NCBI GenBank assembly: GCA_947623705.1 | Contig: CANQHT010000002.1 | Coordinates: 1 to 35,433 of the forward strand | DNA: 35,433 nucleotides | Reading direction: 5' to 3' | DNA from: an uncultured Bacilli bacterium | GTDB taxonomy: Bacteria > Bacillota_I > Bacilli_A > RF39 > UBA660 | In this document: in pieces, positions 25,422-35,293 of the stretch | Layout of the letters: each line of letters begins with the position of its first letter | Numbering within the stretch: the first letter of the stretch is position 1 | Program-made: the position numbers and the translations under genes | The notes under the pieces: model-generated | Database searches by the model: none | Seen by the model: the letters and a program-made list of their open reading frames with translations, nothing else | What the model was told of the DNA's origin: nothing

Positions 25422-25449
25422 TTGATTTTGTTGTTTATTAATTTATAAT
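25422..25449 (+). promoter_or_regulatory. Sigma-A promoter of argS
   Basis: TTGATT, 16 bp, TATAAT (25444..25449). It lies ~45 nt upstream of the argS ATG with an AGAGGAAA RBS. Confidence 0.5.
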
Positions 25450-25493
25450 TTGTTAAAATACAAGTAGTTAGTTTCTAGGAAAAGAGGAAATGT

Positions 25494-27233
25494 ATGAAAA
25501 GTATATATAAAATATTAGAAAATAAAATAAGTAATGCTTTAGAAAAATGTCATTATGAAGTAGATAATGTTGTAGTTAATGAAGGTAATTTAAAAGAACT
25601 CGGGGATTATCAATTTAATGGCATTATGCCTCTTGCTAAAGTTTATCATAAAAATCCTGTTGAAATTGCGAATGATGTTGTTAATATTTTAAAAGAAGAT
25701 AAATTTTTTAAAGATGTCAATGTTGCTGGTCCCGGTTTTATTAATTTAAAAATAAGTGATGATGCCTTAATTGAATTTACAAATATAAACGATTATAATT
25801 ATCCAAAGAAAGATAAATTAATTTTTTTAGATTATGGTGGAGCGAATGTAGCTAAAAGTTTACATGTTGGGCATTTAAGAAGTGTTAATATTGGCGAAGC
25901 CTTAAAAAGATTATGTGAATTTTTAGGTTATAAGACTATTTCCGATACCCATTTAGGGGATTGGGGTCGTCCTTTAGGACTAGTTATTTTAGAATTATCA
26001 AAAAGATATCCGGATTGGCCATTTTTTAAAGAAGATTATAATGGTGGATATTTTAAAGCACCAATAACCAATGCTTTACTAGAAGAAATTTATCCTTATG
26101 CATCAGGACTGGCTAAAGAAGATGAAAATTATTTAAAAGAAGCTCAAGAAATGACGAAAAGATTACAAAATAAAGAAAAAGGTATCTATGCTTTATGGGA
26201 ACAAATTATGGCTGTATCTAAAGCCGATATTAAAAAGATATATGATCGTTTAAATGCGAGTTTTGATTTATATAAAGGGGAAATGGATGCTGAAGGGATA
26301 GTTCCAGAACTTCTTAATTATTTAGATAAATTAAATATTGTTTATGAAAGTGAAGGGGCCAAAGTTATTGATGTTTCTAAAGAAGATGACAAACTAGAAA
26401 TTCCTCCAATGTTATTAATTAAATCTGATGGTGGTATTCTTTATAGTACAACCGAACTTGCTACAATTTATGACCGAGTAAAAAATTATAACCCTGATGA
26501 AATATGGTATATTGCGGATAAAAGACAAACACTTCACTTTACTCAAGTTTTTAGAGCTAGTGAAAAGGCCAATATTTCACCAAACACTAATTTAGTTTTT
26601 GCGGGTTTTGGTACCATGAACGGTAAAGATGGGAAACCATTTAAAACTAGAGATGGTGGAGTTATGAATCTTGTTACTTTACTAGATGAAGTAAAGGCAG
26701 AATGTTTAAAAAGACTTAATGCTAATGTTTTAGATAGTGAAGAAGAAACAAGAAATGATATTGCTGAAAAAATTGCCATATCAACCATTAAATATGCGGA
26801 TTTACTACCAGTAAGAGAAACTGATTACAATTTTGATTTAGATAAATTTTGTGATTTAGATGGTAAAACGGGACCTTTTATTTTATATTCTACGATAAGA
26901 ATGAAATCTCTTTTAAATAAAGCTCATGAAAATAATATAGAATACAATGAAATAAAGGTAATTGCTAATGAATATGATAGGAATGTTATTTTAACTTTAA
27001 ATAATTTAGATAAAATATTAATGAGTGCTTTTAATAGTAAATCTTTAAATGATATAACCGATTATTTATATAAATTAACTACATGTTATAATCGTTTCTA
27101 TACCGAAAATATTATTTTAAAGGAAGAAAATAAAGATAAACAAACCTCCTGGTTATACTTAACTAAGATAGTTTACGAAGTAAATATGTTACTTTTAAAT
27201 ATTTTAGCTATTAATGTTCCAAAAAAAATGTAA
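25494..27233 (+). CDS. argS: Arginine--tRNA ligase
   Basis: AGPGFINL, the class I HIGH motif (SLHVGHLRS), the N-terminal Arg-tRNA-synthetase additional domain pattern and a C-terminal DALR-type anticodon-binding region. 579 aa. Confidence 0.9.
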   Translation: MKSIYKILENKISNALEKCHYEVDNVVVNEGNLKELGDYQFNGIMPLAKVYHKNPVEIANDVVNILKEDKFFKDVNVAGPGFINLKISDDALIEFTNINDYNYPKKDKLIFLDYGGANVAKSLHVGHLRSVNIGEALKRLCEFLGYKTISDTHLGDWGRPLGLVILELSKRYPDWPFFKEDYNGGYFKAPITNALLEEIYPYASGLAKEDENYLKEAQEMTKRLQNKEKGIYALWEQIMAVSKADIKKIYDRLNASFDLYKGEMDAEGIVPELLNYLDKLNIVYESEGAKVIDVSKEDDKLEIPPMLLIKSDGGILYSTTELATIYDRVKNYNPDEIWYIADKRQTLHFTQVFRASEKANISPNTNLVFAGFGTMNGKDGKPFKTRDGGVMNLVTLLDEVKAECLKRLNANVLDSEEETRNDIAEKIAISTIKYADLLPVRETDYNFDLDKFCDLDGKTGPFILYSTIRMKSLLNKAHENNIEYNEIKVIANEYDRNVILTLNNLDKILMSAFNSKSLNDITDYLYKLTTCYNRFYTENIILKEENKDKQTSWLYLTKIVYEVNMLLLNILAINVPKKM

Positions 27234-27252
27234 CTAATTAAATAGTTACTTT

Positions 27253-28497
27253 TTATTTTAAATTGTCTTTATTGAATATTTTAGCTAAAGTTCCCTTTCT
27301 TAATAAATAATCATACATTCTTTTATTAATAATAAAATCAAACTCGCCAATAAATTCAAATACTTGCGGATTAAAACCTAATTTGAAACGATTTAATCCC
27401 TCATAAGGATTTTCTTTCGTAAAGTCTCCGGTTATCCCATTTAAATCTAAAATATCATATTTATCTTGATAATATTTAATAATACTATAATGTAAGAAAT
27501 AATTGGGTGCAAATCTTTTATATTCTTTATCATAAGCACTAGAAACAATCGTTACCATATTATTATGTTTAATAACTAAGGCTCCTGCTAAAAAGATTTT
27601 CTTATCATCTGTCATGCCTTTACTAGCTTCCATAATATCATTTTTATATGAAAGAAGGATCCGATCACTATTCATTTTCGCATTAATATATTTTTCGCCG
27701 TTCTTTTGAGTAATCCGCTTATTTAAATTAGCATTTCTTTCTAATTCCTCATTATAAACATATTCACTATTTTGTAAAAATTCATTATAATCAATACTTA
27801 CTAAGAATAAATCTATAGAACTATCTCGATCAAATACAGTATAAAAATCTTGATAATAAAATTCATTGTGTTCAGCATCTTTATTTTTAATAATGTTATA
27901 AAATTCAGAGATATATTCTTTAGAATAAACATCACAAGTTAAACCTTTTCTAATGCCTTTTTTAATTTTATTTTTAGTATTCTTACTTAAATTCTTACTA
28001 TTAAAATTTTTTAAATTAATATAAGCATTAAATCTCGGAAGTTGGGCTTCAAAATATAAATTATCAATTAATTTTTTACAATCATTTCTTAAAAATAAGT
28101 TAACAAAGTTTTTGTTTTCATTATATTCCGTAGCAAAAGTTTTTTTATTAACTTCCCCAATAGGTAAATTAGGATTTATTTTAATAAAAACCACATTTTT
28201 AGAAGCATAATATTTTTTTAATTCTTCAATAAAAGTTTTAAATAAGGCTTCATTACTATAATCAATTAAAAATCCTCTTGGAGCATAGCCATAATAAGTT
28301 TTTAAAGCAATTTGTTTGGTTAGAATAACTGAGGCAGCAAGAATGTCATTATTTTCATTAACTAAACCAATTAAATCATAATCGTAGTTACTTTCCGCTA
28401 AAAGCATGGCGTAATTAACTGTTTGATAATAACTACTTAATGGATGATTTTTTTCAAAGTTAGTAAACTCTTCAATAGTTAAAGATTTAATATGCAT
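27253..28497 (-). CDS. FemAB-family peptidoglycan interpeptide-bridge aminoacyltransferase
   Basis: 414 aa. The N-terminal F..F......S.YQT..YA pattern, a central coiled-coil insert and the C-terminal APNYFLHYSIIKY..DKYDILDLNGI are typical of FemA/FemB/FemX. Confidence 0.8.
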   Translation of the reverse strand: MHIKSLTIEEFTNFEKNHPLSSYYQTVNYAMLLAESNYDYDLIGLVNENNDILAASVILTKQIALKTYYGYAPRGFLIDYSNEALFKTFIEELKKYYASKNVVFIKINPNLPIGEVNKKTFATEYNENKNFVNLFLRNDCKKLIDNLYFEAQLPRFNAYINLKNFNSKNLSKNTKNKIKKGIRKGLTCDVYSKEYISEFYNIIKNKDAEHNEFYYQDFYTVFDRDSSIDLFLVSIDYNEFLQNSEYVYNEELERNANLNKRITQKNGEKYINAKMNSDRILLSYKNDIMEASKGMTDDKKIFLAGALVIKHNNMVTIVSSAYDKEYKRFAPNYFLHYSIIKYYQDKYDILDLNGITGDFTKENPYEGLNRFKLGFNPQVFEFIGEFDFIINKRMYDYLLRKGTLAKIFNKDNLK

Positions 28498-28587
28498 AAT
28501 CCACCTCTTTCTATAAGGAGAAATATTATAACATAAAAATCTTGATTAAGGAAGAAAAAATTAGTATAATTTAAGTGGTGATAGTAT

Positions 28588-29139
28588 ATGATAGAAAAAT
28601 TTTTAGGAAAAGTTGAAGGAATATTTAATTATGTAACTCTAATTGATATGGGAATATCTCTTGTTTATGTTATTATGGGCTTAGTGTTTTATTTTTTGCC
28701 TGATATGAGCAATTTAATAGCATCTATTCTTACTGGTCTTGTCTTAATATTGAGTGGGGCTAATCAAATATATTCATTTATTAAAAGAGATAAAATTCAT
28801 TTATTTAATAACAATTTAATATATGGTATTATTTTAGTAGTTGTTGGTATACTAGCGATGTTCTTAGGTAATGTATTATCCATTGTTTTAGGTATTTACT
28901 TTATTGTAAGTGGAGCCCAAAAAGTTAATTATGGTATTTTATTCAAAAAGTTTAAAGAAGACTCTTGGTTATTAAATGTTGTTATCGGTGTTTTATTCTT
29001 AGCCTTAGGTATAACGAGTTTCTTTGCCAAAGGAAGAGCCGTTATTGGTACGGTTGGTCTTGGTTTAATTGGTCTTGGACTTATCAATATTGTTGATGAT
29101 CTTCTTATTAGAAAAAAATATAAAAAATTATTAAAATAA
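28588..29139 (+). CDS. DUF308/HdeD-like membrane protein
   Basis: Six hydrophobic helices with repeated G..L.l.G....... pairs (GLVLILSGANQIY, GIYFIVSGAQKV, LFLALGITSFF). Confidence 0.65.
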   Translation: MIEKFLGKVEGIFNYVTLIDMGISLVYVIMGLVFYFLPDMSNLIASILTGLVLILSGANQIYSFIKRDKIHLFNNNLIYGIILVVVGILAMFLGNVLSIVLGIYFIVSGAQKVNYGILFKKFKEDSWLLNVVIGVLFLALGITSFFAKGRAVIGTVGLGLIGLGLINIVDDLLIRKKYKKLLK

Positions 29140-29150
29140 TTCAAAAGGGG

Positions 29151-29173
29151 CAATCAAATTTGATTGTTTTTTT
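29151..29173 (+). terminator. Rho-independent terminator
   Basis: caatcaaa/tttgattg palindrome followed by a T7 run. Confidence 0.55.
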
Positions 29174-29182
29174 AATTTTAGG

Positions 29183-29209
29183 TTGACTGGGGGGGTAATA
29201 TTTTATAAT
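29183..29209 (+). promoter_or_regulatory. Promoter of the surface-protein gene with a G7 tract in the spacer
   Basis: TTGACT (29183..29188), GGGGGGG (29189..29195), taatattt, then TATAAT (29204..29209). The spacer is only 15 bp as read. Confidence 0.5.
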
Positions 29210-29236
29210 AAATTCATAGGATAGAAGGTATGTCTT

Positions 29237-30529
29237 ATGAGATTAAATAGTAAAAAAATATTGATAACATTTTTACTTGTGGTTGAATTAATAATGGGTA
29301 GTTTAACATACCAGTCTTTTTTACATAAAGAAATAAATAAAGAAGAGAATAAAGTAGAAAAGAAACAATTTGCTATGTTTATAAAAGAAGATAATGAATA
29401 TGTTGAATATAAAGGGGATAGTTTGTTTCCTGAAGGATATTATGTAAATAACAATTTAAGTAAGTGTGTTGATGAAAATGATAATCTTATTGAAAATGCC
29501 ATAAATAGTATGGGTAATAGGATAACCATAACAAGTAGTAAAACAGTATATTGCACACTTTATTTTGATAAAAATATAAATTTAGAATATTTAAGGAGTA
29601 AAGATACAATAAATGCTTTAAGCAAAAATATAGTTGGAGATATGTATCGATATCAAGGAATATATACTGATGACATAAGAAATTATATATGTTTAGGAGA
29701 TAATTGTTGTAAGACTGAAGAATGTAATGCCGATACGAATGATGATATGTATCGAATTATTGGTATAAATGAAAATGGAGAATTAAAAGTTATAAAGAAA
29801 ACGGCTTTAACTGAATCAGTTAAATGGTGGAGTGATCTTCAAATAGATATCAATTGGCCCCAAAGTTTAATTTATCAAAAATTAAATGGTAAAAGTGAAA
29901 ATTCAACAGAACCAAATTTAAATGATACAAATTCATATTATTATAGTTTAAATGAAAATCTAAAAAGTATAATAGTTAATAATCACTCCTGGTTATATGG
30001 AGATAGTTATACATTTTCTGAGGTATATAATGGAGATAAAGTATATGAAATCGAAAGTGGAAATAATGAAGCAGTATATAATAAAAAAACAGAAGAAGAA
30101 AGTGAAATCGTAAGAGAAAAATGGAGTGATAGAATAGAAGCCCCATTAGGATTAATGTATATATCAGATTATATGTATGCTTATAAAACGAATGAAGAAG
30201 ATGCAGGAAATCCAGAAAATAAAGAGTATGCAATAAATGGTTGGATACATTTAAATAATAATGAAATAACTCATCCAAGTCTGACTGCCAATAAAATTTA
30301 TGAAGGTTACGAATTTACAATTGGTCGCTTTGGATTTCGCCCAACACGAAACAATTATGGTGCGTGGCGCATTGCTGCAGATGGTAGTAGTGGTCACTAC
30401 AATTTGGATGTTCAAAGTGCAATTCGACCTGTATTTTATCTATCCAACAAAATTGAATTAAATGGTGAAGGAACACTATCTGAACCGTTTGAAATTGATT
30501 ATGCAAAAATAGAAGCAAATAAAAATTAA
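29237..30529 (+). CDS. Membrane-anchored/secreted surface protein, paralog of 2..1174
   Basis: N-terminal hydrophobic anchor KKILITFLLVVELIMGSL. Shares blocks with ORF 1 (VGDMYRYQG, DMYRIIGI, HSWLYGD, YNGDKVYEIESGN, LMYISDYMYAY, IRPVFYLS, NGEGTLSEPF). Confidence 0.7.
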   Translation: MRLNSKKILITFLLVVELIMGSLTYQSFLHKEINKEENKVEKKQFAMFIKEDNEYVEYKGDSLFPEGYYVNNNLSKCVDENDNLIENAINSMGNRITITSSKTVYCTLYFDKNINLEYLRSKDTINALSKNIVGDMYRYQGIYTDDIRNYICLGDNCCKTEECNADTNDDMYRIIGINENGELKVIKKTALTESVKWWSDLQIDINWPQSLIYQKLNGKSENSTEPNLNDTNSYYYSLNENLKSIIVNNHSWLYGDSYTFSEVYNGDKVYEIESGNNEAVYNKKTEEESEIVREKWSDRIEAPLGLMYISDYMYAYKTNEEDAGNPENKEYAINGWIHLNNNEITHPSLTANKIYEGYEFTIGRFGFRPTRNNYGAWRIAADGSSGHYNLDVQSAIRPVFYLSNKIELNGEGTLSEPFEIDYAKIEANKN

Positions 30530-30632
30530 TTTATAATTATATAAATTTTAAAGTAAAGAGATGTGTAAAGCATCTTTTTTTATATTGTTAAATTATTTTA
30601 AGTTGGTTATACTAAAATTAGGTGGTTGTAAA

Positions 30633-31874
30633 ATGAATATAAAAGATATTTATGCTCGTGAGATACTTGATAGTCGGGGTAATCCTACAGTGGAAGTAGA
30701 GATGGTTTTAGCAAATAATATAAGGGCTGTTGCTAGTGTACCAAGTGGGGCATCAACTGGTTCTAAAGAAGCTTTAGAGTTAAGAGATAATGATAATACA
30801 AGATATTTTGGTAAAGGAGTTTTAAAAGCAGTCGAAAATGTTAATACGACCATAAGAAATGCTTTAATTGGGCAAAAATTAGATCAAGTTATGGTTGATA
30901 AAACTTTATTAAAATTAGATGGTACTCCTAATAAAAGTAATTTAGGAGCTAATGCTATGTTAGCGGTTTCTCTTGCTTCTTTAAAATGTTTAGCTAAACT
31001 TCAAAATAAAGAATTATATGAATATATAACTTATGGTAAAGTAAGTTTACCAATTCCGATGGTTAATATTATAAATGGGGGAGTACATGCTGATAATAAT
31101 TTAGATGTCCAAGAATTTATGATTGTACCTATTGTTAAAGGGGAAGCTAAAAGAATTGAAGCCGCATCAGAAATATTTTATACTTTAAAAAGTATTTTAA
31201 AGAAAAAAGGACTATCAACAGGAGTTGGTGATGAAGGTGGTTTTGCTCCGAATTTAAGTAAGACTACTGATGCCTTAGATTTAATTATGGATGCCATTAA
31301 TGAATCTAACTATCATCCTGGAAAAGATGTTTTAATTGCCTTAGATGTAGCAGCTAGCGAATTATATGATAAAGATAAAAATGTTTATCATATCGATAAT
31401 CAAGAATTAAATGCTAATGATTTAGTCAAATATTATTTAGATTTAATTAGAAATTATCCAATTATTAGTATTGAAGACCCATTTGAAGAAAATGATTTAG
31501 AATCTTTAGGAGTTCTTACGGCTTTAGTTGGTGATAAAATAATGCTTGTTGGTGATGATTATTTCTGTACTAATGCTGCCCTTTTAGAAAAAGGTATTAA
31601 TCAAAGAGCAGGTAATGCTATTTTACTTAAAGCCAATCAAATTGGAACAATTTCCGAAATGACAAAAACAATTATTACCGCGAAAAAGAATAATTATAAA
31701 ACTGTAATTAGTCATAGAAGTGGCGAAACAGAAGATACTTTTATTGCAGATTTAGCAGTTGGGTTTGGTATACCTTTTATTAAAACTGGTTCAGTTTGTC
31801 GAGGAGAGAGAATTTCTAAATATAATCGGCTTATGAAAATTGAAGATAGATTAAATAAAAAAAATATTGACTAG
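30633..31874 (+). CDS. eno: Enolase (phosphopyruvate hydratase)
   Basis: MNIKDIYAREILDSRGNPTVEVE, SHRSGETED and the full-length enolase pattern. The start is taken at the internal in-frame ATG after RBS AGGTGG; track start 30561 adds 24 implausible residues. My hand count of this start may be off by 1 nt. Confidence 0.93.
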   Translation: MNIKDIYAREILDSRGNPTVEVEMVLANNIRAVASVPSGASTGSKEALELRDNDNTRYFGKGVLKAVENVNTTIRNALIGQKLDQVMVDKTLLKLDGTPNKSNLGANAMLAVSLASLKCLAKLQNKELYEYITYGKVSLPIPMVNIINGGVHADNNLDVQEFMIVPIVKGEAKRIEAASEIFYTLKSILKKKGLSTGVGDEGGFAPNLSKTTDALDLIMDAINESNYHPGKDVLIALDVAASELYDKDKNVYHIDNQELNANDLVKYYLDLIRNYPIISIEDPFEENDLESLGVLTALVGDKIMLVGDDYFCTNAALLEKGINQRAGNAILLKANQIGTISEMTKTIITAKKNNYKTVISHRSGETEDTFIADLAVGFGIPFIKTGSVCRGERISKYNRLMKIEDRLNKKNID

Positions 31875-31890
31875 TAAATCTAGTCTTTTT
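31869..31890 (+). terminator. Rho-independent terminator of eno
   Basis: gactag-taaat-ctagtc followed by TTTTT. It overlaps the stop codon. Confidence 0.5.
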
Positions 31891-31917
31891 ATTTTATAAT
31901 TTAAATAGGTGATTATA

Positions 31918-34900
31918 TTGAAAAAACAAGTTGATGGCAATTTAGCCTGTAGTAAGATAGCGTATTTTTTTAGTGAATTATGTAGTATTTATCCAATTAC
32001 ACCATCTAGTCCAATGGCGAGTAATGTGGATTTATTAACGCATACTGATTTAAAAAATTTATATAATAGTAAACCTAAAGTTATTGAAATGCAAAGTGAA
32101 GCAGGAGCTGCTGGTACTTTTCACGGCGCTTTACTTTCAGGATCTTTAGCTTCTACTTTTACCGCTAGTCAAGGACTTTTGTTAATGATACCTAATATGT
32201 ATAAAATTGCTGGTGAATGCTTACCGGGGGTTATGCATGTGGCAAGTAGAACTGTGGCAACGCATGCTTTATCAATTTTTGGCGATCATTCCGATATTTA
32301 TGCAACTCGTGATACGGGATTTTGTATGCTTTCATCATCTAATGTTTTTGATGCCCAAAATCTAGCTGCTGTTGCGCATTTATCAGCAATAAAAGGAAGT
32401 TTACCTTTTGTGCATTTCTTTGATGGCTTTAGAACTAGTCATGAGTTAAATACTATTGAAGAGTTAGATGAAAAAGAACTTTTAAAATTAATTCCTTGGG
32501 ATAGTTTAAAAGACTTTAAAGATATAAGTTTAAATGTTGGCTGTAATAAACAATATGGAATGGCCGAAAATGAAGATATTTATTTTCAATCTGTAGAAGC
32601 AAGAAATGAACTATATAATAAAATGCCCGAAATAGTTAATGGTTATATGCAAAATATTAATGAAATAATGCATACCGATTATAAACCATTTAATTATTAT
32701 GGTGATGAAATGGCCGAAAATGTTATTGTTGCTATGGGTAGTGTTACGGATACCATTAAATTAGTTATTGATGATTTAAATAAAAAAGGGCATAAATTAG
32801 GTTTAATTAATGTTCATTTATATCGTCCTTTCAGTGTTAAATACTTACTTGATGTATTACCAAAGACAGTTAAAAGAATGGCAGTTTTAGATCGAACTAA
32901 AGAGGCCGGTAGTATTGGGGAACCTCTATACTTAGATATTGTTAGTGCTCTAAAAGATAAAGATATTACGATTGTTGGTGGTCGTTATGGTTTATCTAGT
33001 AAAAATACGACACCAAGTCATATTTATAGTGTCTTTAAAATGCTTGAAGAAAGTCCTAAAAATAATTTTACAATTGGTATTACAGATGATGTCACGAATC
33101 TTTCTTTAAAAGATGAAAATTATGAAATAACTTTAGATTGTAAAGAAGCCAAAATATTTGGCTTTGGATCTGATGGCATGGTTAGTGCTTCTAAAGAAAT
33201 GTTAAAAATAATTGCTAGTTATGATAATTATGTTCAAGGTTATTATGAGTATGATTCTAAAAAAAGTGGCGGAGTTACGGTATCTAATTTAAGATGGAGT
33301 GATAAAGTTATCAATGCACCTTATTATGTTTTAAATCCCGAATTAGTGGTCGTAACCAAAGAAGAATATTTTAAAAAGTTTAATATTTTAGATAGTATTA
33401 AAAAAGATGGAATATTATTAATTAATACGAGTAAAAGTGGCGAAGATTTAAATAATTTCTTACCTAATAAAGTAAAAGAAGTAATAAATAAAAAGAATAT
33501 AACTGTATATTATATTGATGCTTCGAAGATTGCTTTAGAAAATAATATTCCCGGTAAAATAAATAAAATAATGGAAGTTATTATTTTAAAACTTTTAAAT
33601 ATTGAAAATGGTTATGAAAAGGTATGTGAACTAGTTAGAAAAACATTCTTAACTAAGGGAGAAGATGTTATTAATAATAATTTAAATGCTTTAAAATCTT
33701 CTTTAGATAATTTACAAGTTTTAGATAATATTACCACCAATAGTAATGATGAAGAAAAAGATTATAATATCTTTGATAAAATAAATAGAAGAGAAGGCAA
33801 TACTTTAAAAGTTAGTGAACTTATTCCTTATAGAAGTGGGGCTTTTCCAACGGATTTAACTAAGTATGAAAAAAGAAATACGGCTTATCAAGTACCAGTT
33901 TGGGATTTAGAAAAATGTATTGAATGTGGGCGTTGTAATATTTTCTGCCCACATGGAGTTATTAAACCTTTAGTTTTAAAAGAAAATGTTGGTAAAGAGT
34001 TAATTACTAACAAAGAATATCATTATTATTTAGCGATAAGTGAAAGTGATTGTACTGGTTGTGGAGTTTGTATTAAAAATTGTCCAACCAAAGCCTTAAG
34101 TTTTGGTAATGGTAGTGAAGAAAATAGAAGGATGGTTGAAAAATATTTTGATAGTTATGAAAATCCAGAAGTACTTGATAAATTTACTTTGAATGGAGCA
34201 AGTTTAAAAAGTGCGAAATTTAAGTTTAGTGGGGCTTGTGCTGGTTGTGGCGAAACGCCTTATATCAAACTTTTAACCCAATTATTTGGGGATGAATTAG
34301 TAGTAGCTAATGCAACGGGTTGTTCATCTATTTATGGTGGTAGTGCTCCTTCAACTCCTTATAGTATTCCTTGGGCTAATTCCCTATTTGAAGATAATGC
34401 CGAATTTGCTTATGGTATTCATTCATCATATAGAAATAAAAGAAATAGAATTAAAGAAATTATGGAATTAAGTCTTGATTCCGTTAAAGATGATGTTAAA
34501 GAACTATTTAATCTTTGGTTAAATAATATGGATAATCATGAAGTAACTAGAAAAGTTTTTAATGAATTAAAAGATAAAGAGATACCTAATGATTTACAAG
34601 ATTTATTAGAATATATTCCATCACGAGTTGTTTGGGCTTTTGGTGGTGATGGTTGGGCTTATGATATTGGCTTTGGGGGTCTTGATCATGTCTTGAGTCA
34701 AAATGAAAATGTTAAATGTTTAGTTTTAGATACTGAAGTATATTCTAATACAGGTGGTCAATCTAGTAAATCAAGTAAAATGGGAGCTGTTTGTGAATTT
34801 GCTGATGCTGGTAAGAAAACATTTAAAAAAGATTTATTTAAAATTGCGATGTGCTATCCTAATTGTTATGTCGCTAGTATTTCTTTAGGCAGTAATCCAA

Positions 34901-35253
34901 TGCAAGCTATTAAAGTTATGAAGGAAGCGATGAATCATCAAGGACCAGCCATTATTATTGCTTATTCACCATGTGTAGAACATGGTATAAAAGATGGTAT
35001 GTCTTGTTCAATTAGCGAAGAAAAATTATCAGTAGATGTTGGTTATAATATTTTAATGCGTTATGTACCAGAAGAAGATAAATTATATATTGATAGTAAA
35101 GAACCAGATTTTGATCGGTATGAAGAATTCTTAGATAATGAAGTAAGATTTAAAGCCTTAAAGATAAAAGATGCTAATTTGGCTAAAGAATTACTTGAAA
35201 ATCAAAAAGAGAACGCAATTAGAAGATATAATTATTATAAAAAATTAGTTTAA
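31918..35253 (+). CDS. nifJ: Pyruvate:ferredoxin (flavodoxin) oxidoreductase
   Basis: N-terminus (M)KKQVDGNLACSKIAYFFSELCSIYPITPSS, two 4Fe-4S motifs (CIECGRCNIFCP, CTGCGVCIKNCP) and TPP-binding GGDGWAYDIGFGG. A likely TTG start at 31918 lies 5 nt after AGGTGA (the track starts at GTG 31909). Confidence 0.92.
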   Translation: MKKQVDGNLACSKIAYFFSELCSIYPITPSSPMASNVDLLTHTDLKNLYNSKPKVIEMQSEAGAAGTFHGALLSGSLASTFTASQGLLLMIPNMYKIAGECLPGVMHVASRTVATHALSIFGDHSDIYATRDTGFCMLSSSNVFDAQNLAAVAHLSAIKGSLPFVHFFDGFRTSHELNTIEELDEKELLKLIPWDSLKDFKDISLNVGCNKQYGMAENEDIYFQSVEARNELYNKMPEIVNGYMQNINEIMHTDYKPFNYYGDEMAENVIVAMGSVTDTIKLVIDDLNKKGHKLGLINVHLYRPFSVKYLLDVLPKTVKRMAVLDRTKEAGSIGEPLYLDIVSALKDKDITIVGGRYGLSSKNTTPSHIYSVFKMLEESPKNNFTIGITDDVTNLSLKDENYEITLDCKEAKIFGFGSDGMVSASKEMLKIIASYDNYVQGYYEYDSKKSGGVTVSNLRWSDKVINAPYYVLNPELVVVTKEEYFKKFNILDSIKKDGILLINTSKSGEDLNNFLPNKVKEVINKKNITVYYIDASKIALENNIPGKINKIMEVIILKLLNIENGYEKVCELVRKTFLTKGEDVINNNLNALKSSLDNLQVLDNITTNSNDEEKDYNIFDKINRREGNTLKVSELIPYRSGAFPTDLTKYEKRNTAYQVPVWDLEKCIECGRCNIFCPHGVIKPLVLKENVGKELITNKEYHYYLAISESDCTGCGVCIKNCPTKALSFGNGSEENRRMVEKYFDSYENPEVLDKFTLNGASLKSAKFKFSGACAGCGETPYIKLLTQLFGDELVVANATGCSSIYGGSAPSTPYSIPWANSLFEDNAEFAYGIHSSYRNKRNRIKEIMELSLDSVKDDVKELFNLWLNNMDNHEVTRKVFNELKDKEIPNDLQDLLEYIPSRVVWAFGGDGWAYDIGFGGLDHVLSQNENVKCLVLDTEVYSNTGGQSSKSSKMGAVCEFADAGKKTFKKDLFKIAMCYPNCYVASISLGSNPMQAIKVMKEAMNHQGPAIIIAYSPCVEHGIKDGMSCSISEEKLSVDVGYNILMRYVPEEDKLYIDSKEPDFDRYEEFLDNEVRFKALKIKDANLAKELLENQKENAIRRYNYYKKLV

Positions 35254-35259
35254 AAAAAT

Positions 35260-35293
35260 ATGGTGTAATCTATAAAAGGTTACATCATATTTT
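35260..35293 (+). terminator. Rho-independent terminator of the PFOR gene
   Basis: An 11-bp stem atggtgtaatc / ggttacatcat (two G-U pairs) with a 7-nt loop, followed by ATTTT. Confidence 0.5.

Noticed and set aside
25380-25493. Expected a T-box leader upstream of argS.
   Set aside because: The promoter sits only ~45 nt from the ATG. There is no specifier hairpin, T-box sequence or terminator/antiterminator.
30561-30632. N-terminal extensions in the ORF track (eno 30561, PFOR 31909, lipoprotein 12281, 15381, 13749, 11328).
   Set aside because: In each case the extended residues lack an RBS and are hydrophobic junk or run through hairpins. An internal start with a good SD yields the canonical N-terminus.
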